From IMG/VR virus record IMGVR_UViG_3300021092_000008: a DNA stretch of 64,000 nt. One strand, written 5' to 3'. The position numbers and the translations under genes were made by a program. The notes beneath the pieces were generated by a model. That model ran no database searches. It was not told where the DNA came from and saw only the letters and a list, made by a program, of their open reading frames with translations. Origin of the DNA: a virus. This document shows, in pieces, positions 42,901 through 48,738 of the stretch (its first letter is position 1; every line of letters begins with the position of its first letter).

Positions 42901-45018
42901 AATGGAGCTTTAAGTGGAAATGCTACAAGTGCTACTAACGTTTCTGCTGGTGGTGCTGCTGGATCTCTACTTTATCAATCAGGAACAAATACAACAACAG
43001 TTTTAGGAATTGGTACTTCTGGTCAGGTATTGGTAGTAGGTGGGTCTTCGGCTCCTATTTGGACAGCACAAATTAACATTACTGCTGGTAATATTAATGG
43101 TGGAGTTCGAGGGCAAGTATTATATCAATCTGGCGTTGGAGCAACAGCAAAATTACCTGTAGGTGCTGCTGGATCTTTACTCCAGACTAATGGAACTAAT
43201 CAAAATCCTTCATGGGTGGCACAAAATACAATCACTGCTGGCAACATACATGCTGGTGTTGCTGGCGATCTCTTATATCAATCTGCTGCCTCAACAACTT
43301 CTAAGTTAACCATTGGATCTGCTGGTCAGGTATTGGTAGTAAATACCAATGCTACGGCTCCTTCTTGGACAGCACAAAGCAATATTACTGCTGGTAATAT
43401 TGCTAGCGTTGATGGTGATACTGGATCTTTACTATATCAATCTGCCGTAAATGTTACGTCCAAGTTCTCACAAGGAACAGCTGGTCAAGTATTAAGTTCA
43501 CAAGGAACTGGAGCAGCTCCTCTTTGGATCAACCAATCTTCTATTACTGCTGGTAACATACATGCTGGTGTACGTGGCGATCTCTTATATCAATCTAACG
43601 TTGGAACAACTGTTAAATTAAATATTGGATCTGCTGGTCAGGTATTGGTAGTAAATGCTGGTGCTACGGCTCCTTCTTGGGTAGCACAAAATACAATCAC
43701 TGCTGGTAATGTGGATGGTGGAGCTATTGGTGAAGTTCTATATCAATCTGCTGCTGGAGCAACAGCTAAATTGCCAGTATCAAATTCTGGATTTATTTTA
43801 TCAACTCAAGGAGCAAATAACCCACCTGCTTGGATTAATCCAAATACAATTACTGCTGGTAATATTAGTGGTGGTGCTGCTGGAGAAATTCTATATCAAT
43901 CTGGTACTGGAGCAACAGCAAAACTTCCTGTGGCAGCAGCATCTGCTGGACAAGTTCTTGCTCTAAGTTCCTCCAAATTACCAGTTTATATTAATCAATC
44001 TTCAATTGTTGCTGGCAACATTACCAGCATCGCCGCCGATACCAATAAAATTTTGTATCAGTCTGCCGTTAATACTACATCTAAATTACCAACAGGCGAG
44101 GCTGGTCAAATATTAAGGTCTGGTGGAAGCCTTGCTGTTCCTGGTTGGGTTGCCCAATCAACTCTTACTGTTGGAGCTGCTGCTAACGTATCAGGTGGTG
44201 GTGCTGGACAAATACATTACCAAAGCGGTCCTGGAGCAACGGCATTCTTAGCGGCAGGACAGAATACACAGGTTCTGATTGGTGGAGCAGCGGCGCCTGC
44301 TTGGTCTAATATTTCTGGTCTTTCTGTTGCCTCTGCTGCAAATATTACTGCTGGTGTTGCTGGCGATCTCTTATATCAATCTGCTGCCTCAACAACTGTT
44401 AAATTAAACATTGGATCTGCTGGTCAGGTATTAGTTGTTAACACTGGCGCTAGTGCCCCAACGTGGGTTAACCCATCAACATTAACCGTAGGTAATGCTA
44501 CCACAGCAGTCAATACCACTGCTGGTATGCCTAATAATACTGACACTGTTTTAAATGCTCGTATTATTAGAAACAACAATAGCACCAGCGCCAATGACGG
44601 TATGTATATTGGTTATGGTAATACTAATAGTGGTCTTACTAGATTGTATGGCGGTGGTTCTACTTCAAATAGGTTAGAAATCAATTCCGCAGGTAATGTT
44701 ACTGTAACTGGTACAGTAACAGCAAGTTCTGATATCAGACTTAAGAAAAATATCAAAACAATTGAAAATGCTTTAGATAAAGTTCTAAATCTTAGAGGTG
44801 TAGAATTTGATCGAATTGATATTGATACTCACCAGATTGGTTTAATTGCTCAAGAGGTTGAGGAAGTTATTCCAGAAGTTATATTTGAAAATGAAGATGG
44901 CATGAAGACTGTTGCTTATGCTAATATGGTATCAGTCCTCATTGAGGCAATCAAAGAACAACAAATTCAAATAAATATGCTACAAGAGGAAATTAAATCT
45001 CTCAAAGACAAACCATAA
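27904..45018 (+). CDS. Giant tail fibre (5704 aa): split beta-helix, array of 12 phycobiliprotein-like helical domains, repeated distal shaft, C-terminal peptidase S74 intramolecular chaperone
   Basis: RIATTEFV and RIYVS...GSDTNNG...RTIKKA beta-helix start. Twelve C-x-R-D repeats. GLDADLLD fibre motifs. Eleven LYQS-type repeats. C-terminal SDIRLKKNI...GLIAQEVEEVIPEV...YANMVSVLIEAIKE. Confidence 0.85.
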   Translation: MSLKFNPNKQIIESTELNINGKSFVTISSGEGLESKEIIRVVRKNGASRVGLNRTGERIAKVNITNPGVGYLITPTITVSQPDIISRNSKVAVLSAVRDPDTGSIISVIITDPGRGYSQPPTIVFAEAPLGGVTAQGTCELDTIDFELDVLGAIRTSASIVSDSATVTNLNVQNFVTPGILLRAPRLGSYTNLTNANLPFYGQTVYPELTATPPLQDQSRRIATTEFVYNVATNDVGGRIYVSSEIGSDTNNGRSPAKPVRTIKKAAQLAAATPSRETLIVAGGEYYEDNPISIPPLCSVIGDNLRLVIVRPVNPGRHMFKASNQNYMNGLTFRDALDSEGNPVYTHNFAFVFDDKQRFYFDDEIGGNDTRIDGTESFRRRFPIGHKMFGQKSAILNIKEHTGDVAKLNALITAGTNIVGQQTSCSATLTSIISATPAPDYVWEAEQEYLVGDIVRVSNSIYKVTTSGSSGTIAYSGVLATPKNAVNGSSAYIYLGDRREASLNITVNDNSPSQSFADDEVISYVINSVTYLANVALFKSTRAEGEVVKYGETELREYIVEEIDASKWSTHPTPGDNGQLTPGSGGIIFKFAGLHEFKEFDIVFISKPNNAPVALNSFFGFQRVDQVLYDADGFSRRIVVKKQIQPSYTSVYLPPIGQCKAKAKTKYVEISLLNSPYGFTDSTFTSYRFIDAVTFIRNNRDFIAEEITGAISSRYPDFVYPGTNASRLRFKDARNLIYKNLDFIADEAIGWLWNESNFATWGAANLALKSKCRRDVKIFLRGLANDLYDGSNKSTIVVTRSYFNAITGVPIPNGLVGVEPQSIAVFTKAAEYAKLAVNNSLPITPTYSPLKAYRDLSITHDPTTYLTVGENNCANVKTAITTLTTILTSAISAGNLTGLPPVSSDDGASDGENLCKRDLKHILNAVIADLPYGGNATSIEAAKSYRNNSTQSVEYIDNQHRQSRFAFQLARDYAILAMRNWQTKISLKFKKDSDIVEVVSAAGTIGLVPKMRLYSYNNLEQQVETDYFIKEVVSPTQIRIWKFNTGLSGADHTFADGEITGFKTRNINLKLSEGETSFTPIWTDDLVPRTTNYPEFPECTNVAVTLTNLFTLIDDIVVNNTDDRYFDATNQIEFNKDFIAEEVNGWLKETYDGFAYPLPTFTKTVIDTSNADAYPSFIQITNTAKVKVGQLVTSGDAIQDNTYITSIDVENKILYLSKSLESEMDSVTIHPDVYLDESMRYKDASNLILKNKNEITDKALAQIAVEFPDFVFPGNSVTDEFSRFADGYRLITQNIKEIVDRSSAEVAVQHPDFYFPADAQTTKRSRFKDAYRLIQLNKQEIIDTAYATMEANGLPSPAPTDLESKCKRDIGLLVDYVSLDVFVGGNTYARKFVLTYFNGNTFIPDGLEGEVPQSITAFNAARDLMKQAIANQLTVKDLTITPGAATYGGGGGNIPNDNVGACADVQSAITSLVAVVTDVLTSLNINNLVKENDGNNNRYEDSADLIYNNKQEIIDRAAAQIAVEYPDFYYPGDPQTTSSSRFRDSYRLIQQNRQQIIDRAAAEIAIQFPDFYYPGDAQTTPTSRFKDAYRLIQLNRDEIIANAYAAILIFNPEFVNPNPQKCQRDIGIFVDALSLDISNGGGNTYTRKFVLQYFNNGIPISNGLLGEEAESNVAFNKARDEMNRAVANQLTVKDLTITADPTPGSGTVSNTNPDSCANVQAAITSLALIVTDRITAGNIIGLPSETTGTIPAGEAKCKRDLAYFVDSVSLDLTLKSNKYSRKFVLQYFNNGIPISNGLVDETAQSVVAFNMARDMMKNAITNQLFAKDLTITPDPAPGSGAVSNTNPNSCTNVRSTIDTLSSLITARITAGNLTGLPAEVEPVTLKGETKCKRDIGQFVIAIEADLRQLTDFNTRTFLSRYFTPDGSSWISNGLQNEEAQSVVAFNKARDVINQAITNQLYYKDLTITADPVTGSNANPSSCADVQTAITTLTTLVTTRITAGNLGTTKSSFLAAATYDVLVGEIKCKRDVKKFVEAVSLDVFTKGNKYSREFVNQYFTNVSSPLSNGLVNEETQSITAFNMARDMMRKAVTNQLTIKDLTITAGPAQYNGSGGNIPNLPSGTAAACVDVQAGIASLSKIITDVITAGSLTGLDAFPETQGVFGIGETKCRRDIGIIVDAVAKDVADGSNWRSVTAARSYFQEGQPISNGLVDEEAASIFAFNKARDLMILAIRNQLNYRDLSITADPERLTNFDKFVCSDVASGITTLVSIITTTINDGDLDSLSGITVNRGTYSFNEIKCKRDIKLLIDAVINDITLNDSNANSINYANLYKEQNGNIKLIDNQLIQSVAAFRKARDLCILAMRNWIEFPGKQYYQKEYTDLDYVRDEFLIIDTETPYCQNVATAITNRFDLIINILTGDAENSNLDTANQIAINENFIINEALASGEVSFPGVSIPNITKCKRDLRIILRSVQRDIILGGTVGIVRSADSYLTGATLDVGFVGDQLGKTLHIYDYAKHMAIAATRNWNFEIRDCTTVSGNNVVTVPNTNGVVLGMRVSANEFRYTDLTPDSYAYVIGINRGSNTITLGNSKSLTAAAFPANASTTTAKLFFSFSEVGAPWFDAANNITANKTFIKQEAVGYIENIYPYLTTLNPSTSLANLVSQYDNATCQRDIGYVLDALIFDLRYGGNSETIKAAELYRNASGHLDYIGNQLVQSIETFEKVKDLAVLAMRNWKTSATTTYTKQFATADYVVNNDILPDPAGYPQCAFVEASIESLFQQFVDIITNDSGGTKIDAARLIARNFKYIAEEAVGAANEEYPLVTIPNEAKCLRDTQLIMTAWIKDLITGGNSATIQATQSYLTNTGAVTFIQDELQKSRYAYEYAKNLVKLAVTNNLPDPGEYTDEDPFTDLSILPDPLTNDNTDPTSCASVQSTIETLWSILDSTLAQSGAPLPAATYGTQYNPRKYFPANFPGIFAGDYFQGLQRASTDEFITEDTSYPECANIITTLINLFAILDAVLNGGDLPEATNDNVALVVRNRGTLYNPTIVQGSGTMIDAGNRPVIRGRMINANDIIETSPYIQNCSIISFLGGGGCEVDGSKIKQINVPRPGLKEDGSSKLAPQGKSMVANAFTIISQGGTGYLVKNDGYTQLVSVFCIFCQDGILAESGGYASVTNSASNFGTYALRATGYREEPYVFDIATISEIGVTGAGKTIFRVDGLGRRPQENFVVKIDGYENVVSDIEFFITVVSQTTVGGTGEVSSRIELNDALLIKNKESGQIVNLNTSELINKTIRLFRPSIINSSGHSFEYIGSGINYYALPENGGQKIEDNEQVSQSYGRVYASGTDEAGDFKVGRTVKMENRTGNIYFTGQVSISEIEFLRIRGGDLVVTGFDASPTLGGAAATNQKLPTQKAVRDFVTNNLGPYFGKPYSTNPVPNALVELGNDGKINLDQIPPIRPFKVYTVENTSQRLALEGLNSGDIAVQVTRLNDTISASDVDVANNKIFTPKTGFSSGQILSIVSSPVNPIQTTDGPIVAGESYYLIVLPNNFVQLAASPENVIDEIPITITDAGSGNTEVQIATGTVSYILNNDVDTQFLAYPPNISTTFTTGSLVIGSATGAIGSVTSTLYGTVFSISVSGGGNVYLNETPSVVISAPNQGDGVQATATPVVVGSRISAVEITNKGSGYDTTPTVSISIGEVAWSANQTYLVDDLIFVGTNLYKVTTEGTSGTSAFSGQSGIPQPADGGTCFYVYVGERAQLTSFVESRVSINIENSVKFTDVDNINSHNATPVTVNISRVVNTSGSNEFNWVPLTSASIDAASITTGTISTSRLALPNTGSANSFTFLRGDQSFKPVVQGVKLPESKFLVKTVLFSPGSGDPLIPPVNYITIPLTSLIQTGQRVIGNGVSADTIVLEILTVGGNTRVVLSSTLINDVPVGTVFTIIRTETALQFDSNFTKGAYAAGIFIESPGNYYTSTITNGNIGENTISVVDVTKAVIGQKVTAEGVATNAIITSIQLDSGTSGTITLSANNTANIVNKEVQFGVPFSTGTFNNVELFGSNTGSGAKATFTVQNGLITNALITDGGNGYTEDFDIDPIPGALGLGTGAKLTVLASTQQTYFSSIEMDVKRVTNQTTSLDPFGTVGVARFQKSQYTYGPDGAVTLKTGPESGLDSDLLDGKQGVFYLDASNLESGTLRPDRLSGTYSIDITGKSGTTTRVETITDSINAVPAPSAYGSGLSLAARISSNFRSSLVDRTLEDEGERVTLLTIRPSGIGTDASNGGLKQLAFTDGTLNVGTGGGGASSSTTLDDVVPNMYIRGTGNIIPTDPTNAFSPWYKVWTSGNDGFGSGLDADKLQAKDAKFYTNALNLDGGSINDSRLQPIMSSKKFLESLTTVRYIDKAHYEIYFSGRLNNGDLNFVIGTTYSLYNDILQVVGQATLKLIEQKFPVEEVKTELNYVILTIQLDSGSIGSATKIGFTGFEQTWNSLRLSPFATYTSSTLQDDGTGARLILGRNDGNNVANNTPSSGAIIDFHSSGAFNEYDVRFQVTGGTTNSGNGALNITGNGFTYNSNTVWHSGNDTDISGLNANFLQGITKSQVMRSDENTATAGSLTVTGVTTLSSFVTINDAAQLADNTIIDPDIYSNKVIAGNLADGGGFSVIGIGGNAGVGKSWAIGHNGTSLYFGIGDGSAADTLTTWAQVDADRTIRFFAKNNSSIFFSSGTNDYRIWNENNDGSGSGLDADLLDDRDWNSRDKSILRTSGSHIAGGLYINDGTKYQTSNFGFLIRHSDANGVSAGAGGRLDFVFGDDASKAADQTVSTLRTFSFDKSGQLILPAPTGTSPLSVTSTTKVTNLNVDLLDDQDGSYYTNVNNANAGTLAAVRGGTGINAYAIGDMLYASATTPTLAKLNIGTTNQILTVNSDATAPKWTSPSAINIGSATKIAVTSDAATSTNLVVGFFSSTETPADIKYSSDSSLGLFFNPSVGRLTAKTFNGALSGNATSATNVSAGGAAGSLLYQSGTNTTTVLGIGTSGQVLVVGGSSAPIWTAQINITAGNINGGVRGQVLYQSGVGATAKLPVGAAGSLLQTNGTNQNPSWVAQNTITAGNIHAGVAGDLLYQSAASTTSKLTIGSAGQVLVVNTNATAPSWTAQSNITAGNIASVDGDTGSLLYQSAVNVTSKFSQGTAGQVLSSQGTGAAPLWINQSSITAGNIHAGVRGDLLYQSNVGTTVKLNIGSAGQVLVVNAGATAPSWVAQNTITAGNVDGGAIGEVLYQSAAGATAKLPVSNSGFILSTQGANNPPAWINPNTITAGNISGGAAGEILYQSGTGATAKLPVAAASAGQVLALSSSKLPVYINQSSIVAGNITSIAADTNKILYQSAVNTTSKLPTGEAGQILRSGGSLAVPGWVAQSTLTVGAAANVSGGGAGQIHYQSGPGATAFLAAGQNTQVLIGGAAAPAWSNISGLSVASAANITAGVAGDLLYQSAASTTVKLNIGSAGQVLVVNTGASAPTWVNPSTLTVGNATTAVNTTAGMPNNTDTVLNARIIRNNNSTSANDGMYIGYGNTNSGLTRLYGGGSTSNRLEINSAGNVTVTGTVTASSDIRLKKNIKTIENALDKVLNLRGVEFDRIDIDTHQIGLIAQEVEEVIPEVIFENEDGMKTVAYANMVSVLIEAIKEQQIQINMLQEEIKSLKDKP
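29965..36984 (+). repeat. Array of 12 nested globin/phycobiliprotein-like helical domains
   Basis: 12 N-segments ([RK][FY]xDAxxLIxxNxxxIxxxA...P), 12 C-x-R-D-[ILVT] motifs and 12 downstream C-xx-[VI]-xxx-[IL]-xx-L motifs, counted directly in the translation. Confidence 0.75.
42595..44490 (+). repeat. Eleven distal fibre repeats of about 50 aa
   Basis: Consensus GxLLYQSxxxxTxKLxIGxAGQVLxxxxxxxAPxWxxQxxITAGNI. Ten copies have YQS and one has YAS. Confidence 0.85.
44728..45018 (+). other. Peptidase S74 intramolecular chaperone / autocleavage domain of the giant fibre
   Basis: S-D-x-R-L-K at 44728-44745, GLIAQEV motif and terminal coiled coil. Implies a homotrimeric fibre. Confidence 0.9.
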
Positions 45019-45021
45019 ATA
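45014..45021 (+). promoter_or_regulatory. Late promoter variant CATAAATA
   Basis: Overlaps the TAA of the giant fibre gene and precedes a small ORF with a GAGG ribosome-binding site. Confidence 0.6.
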
Positions 45022-45069
45022 ATTATGTTACAATATCCTTCGTACAGTATTATTAAAGAGGAACTTATT

Positions 45070-45282
45070 ATGTCTACTGACACTACCGCTCTTAGAGAAA
45101 ATTTTGAGAATCAACTCAAAAATATTAATGAGCAAATTACCAAACTTGAAGAAGATCTATCAAAAGCAAGAGAGTATAGAACCAAACTACAAGGGGGTCT
45201 AGAAACTCTCCAAATTTTAGATCCTAAGGAAGAAGTTTCAGCAGAAGAAACTCCCGTTTCCGAAACTGAAGTTGTAGAATGA
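45070..45282 (+). CDS. Small coiled-coil protein with acidic tail (possible fibre assembly factor)
   Basis: ATG at 45070 follows GAGGAAC, so it is preferred over the track start at 45025. Heptad segment LRENFENQLKNINEQITKLEEDL...KLQGGLETL. Confidence 0.7.
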   Translation: MSTDTTALRENFENQLKNINEQITKLEEDLSKAREYRTKLQGGLETLQILDPKEEVSAEETPVSETEVVE

Positions 45283-45289
45283 TTAAACC

Positions 45290-45310
45290 ACCCCCTTCGG
45301 GGGGTTTTTT
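45290..45310 (+). terminator. Rho-independent terminator with cUUCGg tetraloop
   Basis: ACCCCC-TTCG-GGGGGT followed by a T-tract. Confidence 0.9.
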
Positions 45311-45323
45311 ATTGTGAGGTGAT

Positions 45324-45767
45324 ATGAAATTTGAATCTATTATAGGGCAATATTTAAATAAAAAACAAGCGTTTTCTTATCCATCACAATTCGCAATGAT
45401 CCGTATTGTGTATAAAGATTTGGGCGATAATAAATTGATGTCTCAAAATTGGTATGAGTATCAATATCCTAGGGGTAGACCTTATAGACAAGAGTATCAT
45501 AAGTATGAATATATTACAGAAAAAGAAGTAATATTTCAATCATATAATATGGATTGGGAATTGAATTGTAATTATCAATTTAATTATGTGAACGGATTTT
45601 GGATTGCCATGCCTTGTGGGGAATGTATCGTAAAAGGAATTAGAATTAACAGTGAGGTTAAATTTAATGATTCTCAGTACATAGCAAAAGATACTGGTTA
45701 TGATGCTGACGGTAGATTAGTTTTTGGCAAGTCTACTGGCGGACCCTTCATTTTTGATAGGGTATAA
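45324..45767 (+). CDS. cpeT: T-type phycobiliprotein lyase (CpcT/CpeT family), short phage form
   Basis: GQYLNKKQAFSYPSQFAMIRI, QNWYEY...PYRQ and DTGYDADGRLVFG...GPFIFDR match the N..QA...P..F..I / PYRQ / D.G.D..G..V.G...PF.F pattern of CpcT/CpeT. GAGGTG RBS. Located just upstream of gp13 as in other cyanomyoviruses. Confidence 0.85.
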   Translation: MKFESIIGQYLNKKQAFSYPSQFAMIRIVYKDLGDNKLMSQNWYEYQYPRGRPYRQEYHKYEYITEKEVIFQSYNMDWELNCNYQFNYVNGFWIAMPCGECIVKGIRINSEVKFNDSQYIAKDTGYDADGRLVFGKSTGGPFIFDRV

Positions 45768-45770
45768 ATA
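45763..45770 (+). promoter_or_regulatory. T4 late promoter TATAAATA
   Basis: Exact consensus 21 bp upstream of the gp13 ATG. Confidence 0.85.
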
Positions 45771-45791
45771 TAAAAAAGAGTATTTAAATAC

Positions 45792-46622
45792 ATGGCAAGA
45801 CCATCTACTCGCCAGGGGTTAATTGATTACTGTAAACGTCAACTTGGTTATCCTGTGTTACAGATTAACATAGATAATGATCAAGTTGATGATATTATTG
45901 ATACAGCTATTCAGTTTTATCAAGAGTGGCACTATGATGGCGTGGAAACAATGTACTTAAAGCATGAAATTACCGAAGACGATTATAATAGATTTGACAG
46001 TTCAGACGAATCAGAAACTACCTTAGATCCTTATTCTGCTACGTGGGAAAATAGAAATAATTTTATAGAAGTTCCAGATCATGTTATTGGTATCACCAAA
46101 GTATTTGGCGTTTCTTCTAATTGGGTTCGTAATGATTTGTTTGGTTTAAGCAACCAGTATTTCTTGATGGATATTTTTTCATTCTCATCTGGGTTTGCTT
46201 TTGGTAATTTTGACATGCCAAATTATTATATGATTCGTCAGTATTTTGAAACGCTTGACATGGTTGTTAATACTGGTGCTGTAGTACAATTTAGATTTAA
46301 CAAACGTCAAGATCGTTTATATATTGATATTGATAAATCAAGATTGATACCAGGCAATTATCTATTAATCGAATGCCATCGTGCTTTAGATCCAGAAAAC
46401 TGGTCTCAAGTATATAACGATAGCTTCCTCAAAAGATATGCTACTGCTTTAATGAAGAAGCAATGGGGACAGAATTTAATTAAGTACAATAACATAACTC
46501 TTCCTGGTGGAGTAAATTTAAATGGAAGACAGTTGTATGAAGATGCTATTGCTGAGATACAACAATTAGAAGATGATATGCCTACTAAGTATACACTCCC
46601 ACCAATCGATATGATCGGATAA
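45792..46622 (+). CDS. gp13: Neck protein gp13
   Basis: LIDYCKRQLGYPVLQINI, KQWGQNLIKY...LPGGVNLNG and terminal PPIDMIG. Synteny. Confidence 0.92.
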   Translation: MARPSTRQGLIDYCKRQLGYPVLQINIDNDQVDDIIDTAIQFYQEWHYDGVETMYLKHEITEDDYNRFDSSDESETTLDPYSATWENRNNFIEVPDHVIGITKVFGVSSNWVRNDLFGLSNQYFLMDIFSFSSGFAFGNFDMPNYYMIRQYFETLDMVVNTGAVVQFRFNKRQDRLYIDIDKSRLIPGNYLLIECHRALDPENWSQVYNDSFLKRYATALMKKQWGQNLIKYNNITLPGGVNLNGRQLYEDAIAEIQQLEDDMPTKYTLPPIDMIG

Positions 46623-46623
46623 T

Positions 46624-47508
46624 ATGCCTACCAGTCCTTATTTTCCCACGTATTATGATGGATACCAAGGGGAACAAAATCTATTACAAGATTTAGCAGA
46701 CGAACAGATTAAATTGTTTGGTTCTGATATCTACTATCTACCCAGGACTATTTTAAAGGAAGGTCCTTTGGGGGATGATGATGTTATCTATTCAAAATAT
46801 GAAGATCAATTTCAAATTGAAATGCTTCTACAAAATGTAGAGGGATTTGGAAATCAATCAGAATTCATTAGTAAATTTGGATTAAGAATTACTGATGAAA
46901 TTAGATTTACTGTGTCTCAAAGAAGATGGCAACAAGCTTCTAATAATCATACATTAACAATTCCAGAAAGACCCAATGAAGGTGATTTGCTTTACGTCCC
47001 ATTGACTAAAGCTTTATATGAAATAAAATTTGTACAAAGAATTAGTCCTTTTTTCCAGTTGGGAAAAATTTATTTCTACACTATTGTAGCAGAAATTTAC
47101 GAAATTGGCAGTGATAATATTGATACTGGTGTTGATGAAATTGATGAAATAGAGCAGTTGTTTAGTTCTGCTATTGGTTTAATTATGAGTTCTGGTGGTA
47201 TTGGAAATTTCACACCAGGAGAATTAGTAACTAGCACCCCTGGTAATATTATGGCAAAAGTTAAATCATGGGATTCAACAACCAGAGTATTACAATTAGT
47301 TAATCGTACTGGAAATTTTGCTGACGAAGACACCATTACTGGGGATGATAGCGGAGCTGTGTGGGAGGTAGGATCATTTGATACTCTAAATAATACTAAT
47401 AGCAATTATGATAAGAATAGAGATTTTGAAGATGCTGGTGACGATATAGTTGACTGGGCAGAAAGAAATCCTTTTGGTGAATATGGTAATTTTACAGGTA
47501 GTATCTGA
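46624..47508 (+). CDS. gp14: Neck protein gp14
   Basis: EQNLLQDLADEQIKLFGSDIYYLPR, SKFGL, RPNEGDLLY, PFFQLGK and NPFG. Confidence 0.92.
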   Translation: MPTSPYFPTYYDGYQGEQNLLQDLADEQIKLFGSDIYYLPRTILKEGPLGDDDVIYSKYEDQFQIEMLLQNVEGFGNQSEFISKFGLRITDEIRFTVSQRRWQQASNNHTLTIPERPNEGDLLYVPLTKALYEIKFVQRISPFFQLGKIYFYTIVAEIYEIGSDNIDTGVDEIDEIEQLFSSAIGLIMSSGGIGNFTPGELVTSTPGNIMAKVKSWDSTTRVLQLVNRTGNFADEDTITGDDSGAVWEVGSFDTLNNTNSNYDKNRDFEDAGDDIVDWAERNPFGEYGNFTGSI

Positions 47509-48317
47509 TGTTAGGACGACATTTTTATAACGAAGCAATTAAAAAAACTGTAGTTGGTTTTGGAACTCTATTCAATAATATTGAAATTAGAAAGATAGAT
47601 CCACAAACAGGAGATGTTCTAGAAGTTGAAAAGGTTCCTATTGCTTATGGTCCTAAACAAAAATTTCTAACTAGGATTGAACAGAATTTAGATACTACTT
47701 CAAAAAGAAGAGTTGCTATCGTATTACCTAGAATTTATTTTGAATTGTCTAACGTATCTTATGATGGGTCTAGAAAAACTAGTCCGATTCAAAAGTATAG
47801 AAATATTATAGATGACAACGGAAATGAAGTAAAGGTTCAATATGTTCCCGTACCTTATAATTTAGAATTTGAACTTGGTATTATTGCTAAGAACCAAGAT
47901 GATGGTCTACAAATTTTAGAGCAAATATTACCATTTTTTCAACCAAATTTTAATATCACTCTTAACATGATCCCAGACATGAATGAGAAAAAAGATATTC
48001 AAATTTGTTTAAATAATATTAATTATGAGGATGATTGGGATGGAGATTTTCTATCAAGAAGAACAATTGTTTGGACTTTAAATTTTACAGCAAAATCATA
48101 TATCTACGGTCCATTTAACCAGGCTGATATCATTCGTAAAGCAATAATTTACGAGACACTCGGAGATCTGAATGAACATAAGAGAAATGCTAAATTTACA
48201 TATACACCAAAAGCTCTCCAAGATAAAGATGCAGATGGAGATATTGATCAAGCTGATGATTTGTTAGTTGTTGCTGACGATGACTTTGGATTTAACGAGG
48301 GCATAGAATTGTATTGA
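47508..48317 (+). CDS. gp15: Tail sheath stabiliser / completion protein gp15
   Basis: HFYNEAIKKTVVGFGTLFNNI, VPIAYGPKQKFL, PVPYN, QILEQILPFFQP. Confidence 0.92.
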   Translation: MLGRHFYNEAIKKTVVGFGTLFNNIEIRKIDPQTGDVLEVEKVPIAYGPKQKFLTRIEQNLDTTSKRRVAIVLPRIYFELSNVSYDGSRKTSPIQKYRNIIDDNGNEVKVQYVPVPYNLEFELGIIAKNQDDGLQILEQILPFFQPNFNITLNMIPDMNEKKDIQICLNNINYEDDWDGDFLSRRTIVWTLNFTAKSYIYGPFNQADIIRKAIIYETLGDLNEHKRNAKFTYTPKALQDKDADGDIDQADDLLVVADDDFGFNEGIELY

Positions 48318-48321
48318 TCTT

Positions 48322-48738
48322 ATGAATGAGTTTGAAAAAAATATGGAACAAATATTTGACATTGATGTTGTAAAACCAGAGAATATTGAAATAACACCAG
48401 TTGCTCCTAAGAAGCAAGAAGACCCAGAAAAAGATTATGAATATACCAGGGGTCAGTTATACGATCTCATAGAGAAAGGTCAGGAGGCGGTACAAGGCGC
48501 CTTAGAGGTTGCTCAGGAGTCTGGACACCCTAGAGCGTATGAAGTCGCTGTAAACGCTATGAAGCAGGTCTCAGACATGACCGATAAGCTTATAGATTTA
48601 CAGAAGAAGATGAAAGATCTAGATGCTCCAATAAAAGGTTCTGCTCCAACAACTGTAAACAATACTATGTTTCTTGGTTCTACAGCTGATCTACAGAAGA
48701 TGCTCAAAGAAATGGGCAAGAAAATTTCAGAAGAATAA
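48322..48738 (+). CDS. gp16: Terminase small subunit gp16
   Basis: DYEYTRGQL...HPRAYEV...NNTMFLGSTADLQKML. Confidence 0.92.
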   Translation: MNEFEKNMEQIFDIDVVKPENIEITPVAPKKQEDPEKDYEYTRGQLYDLIEKGQEAVQGALEVAQESGHPRAYEVAVNAMKQVSDMTDKLIDLQKKMKDLDAPIKGSAPTTVNNTMFLGSTADLQKMLKEMGKKISEE

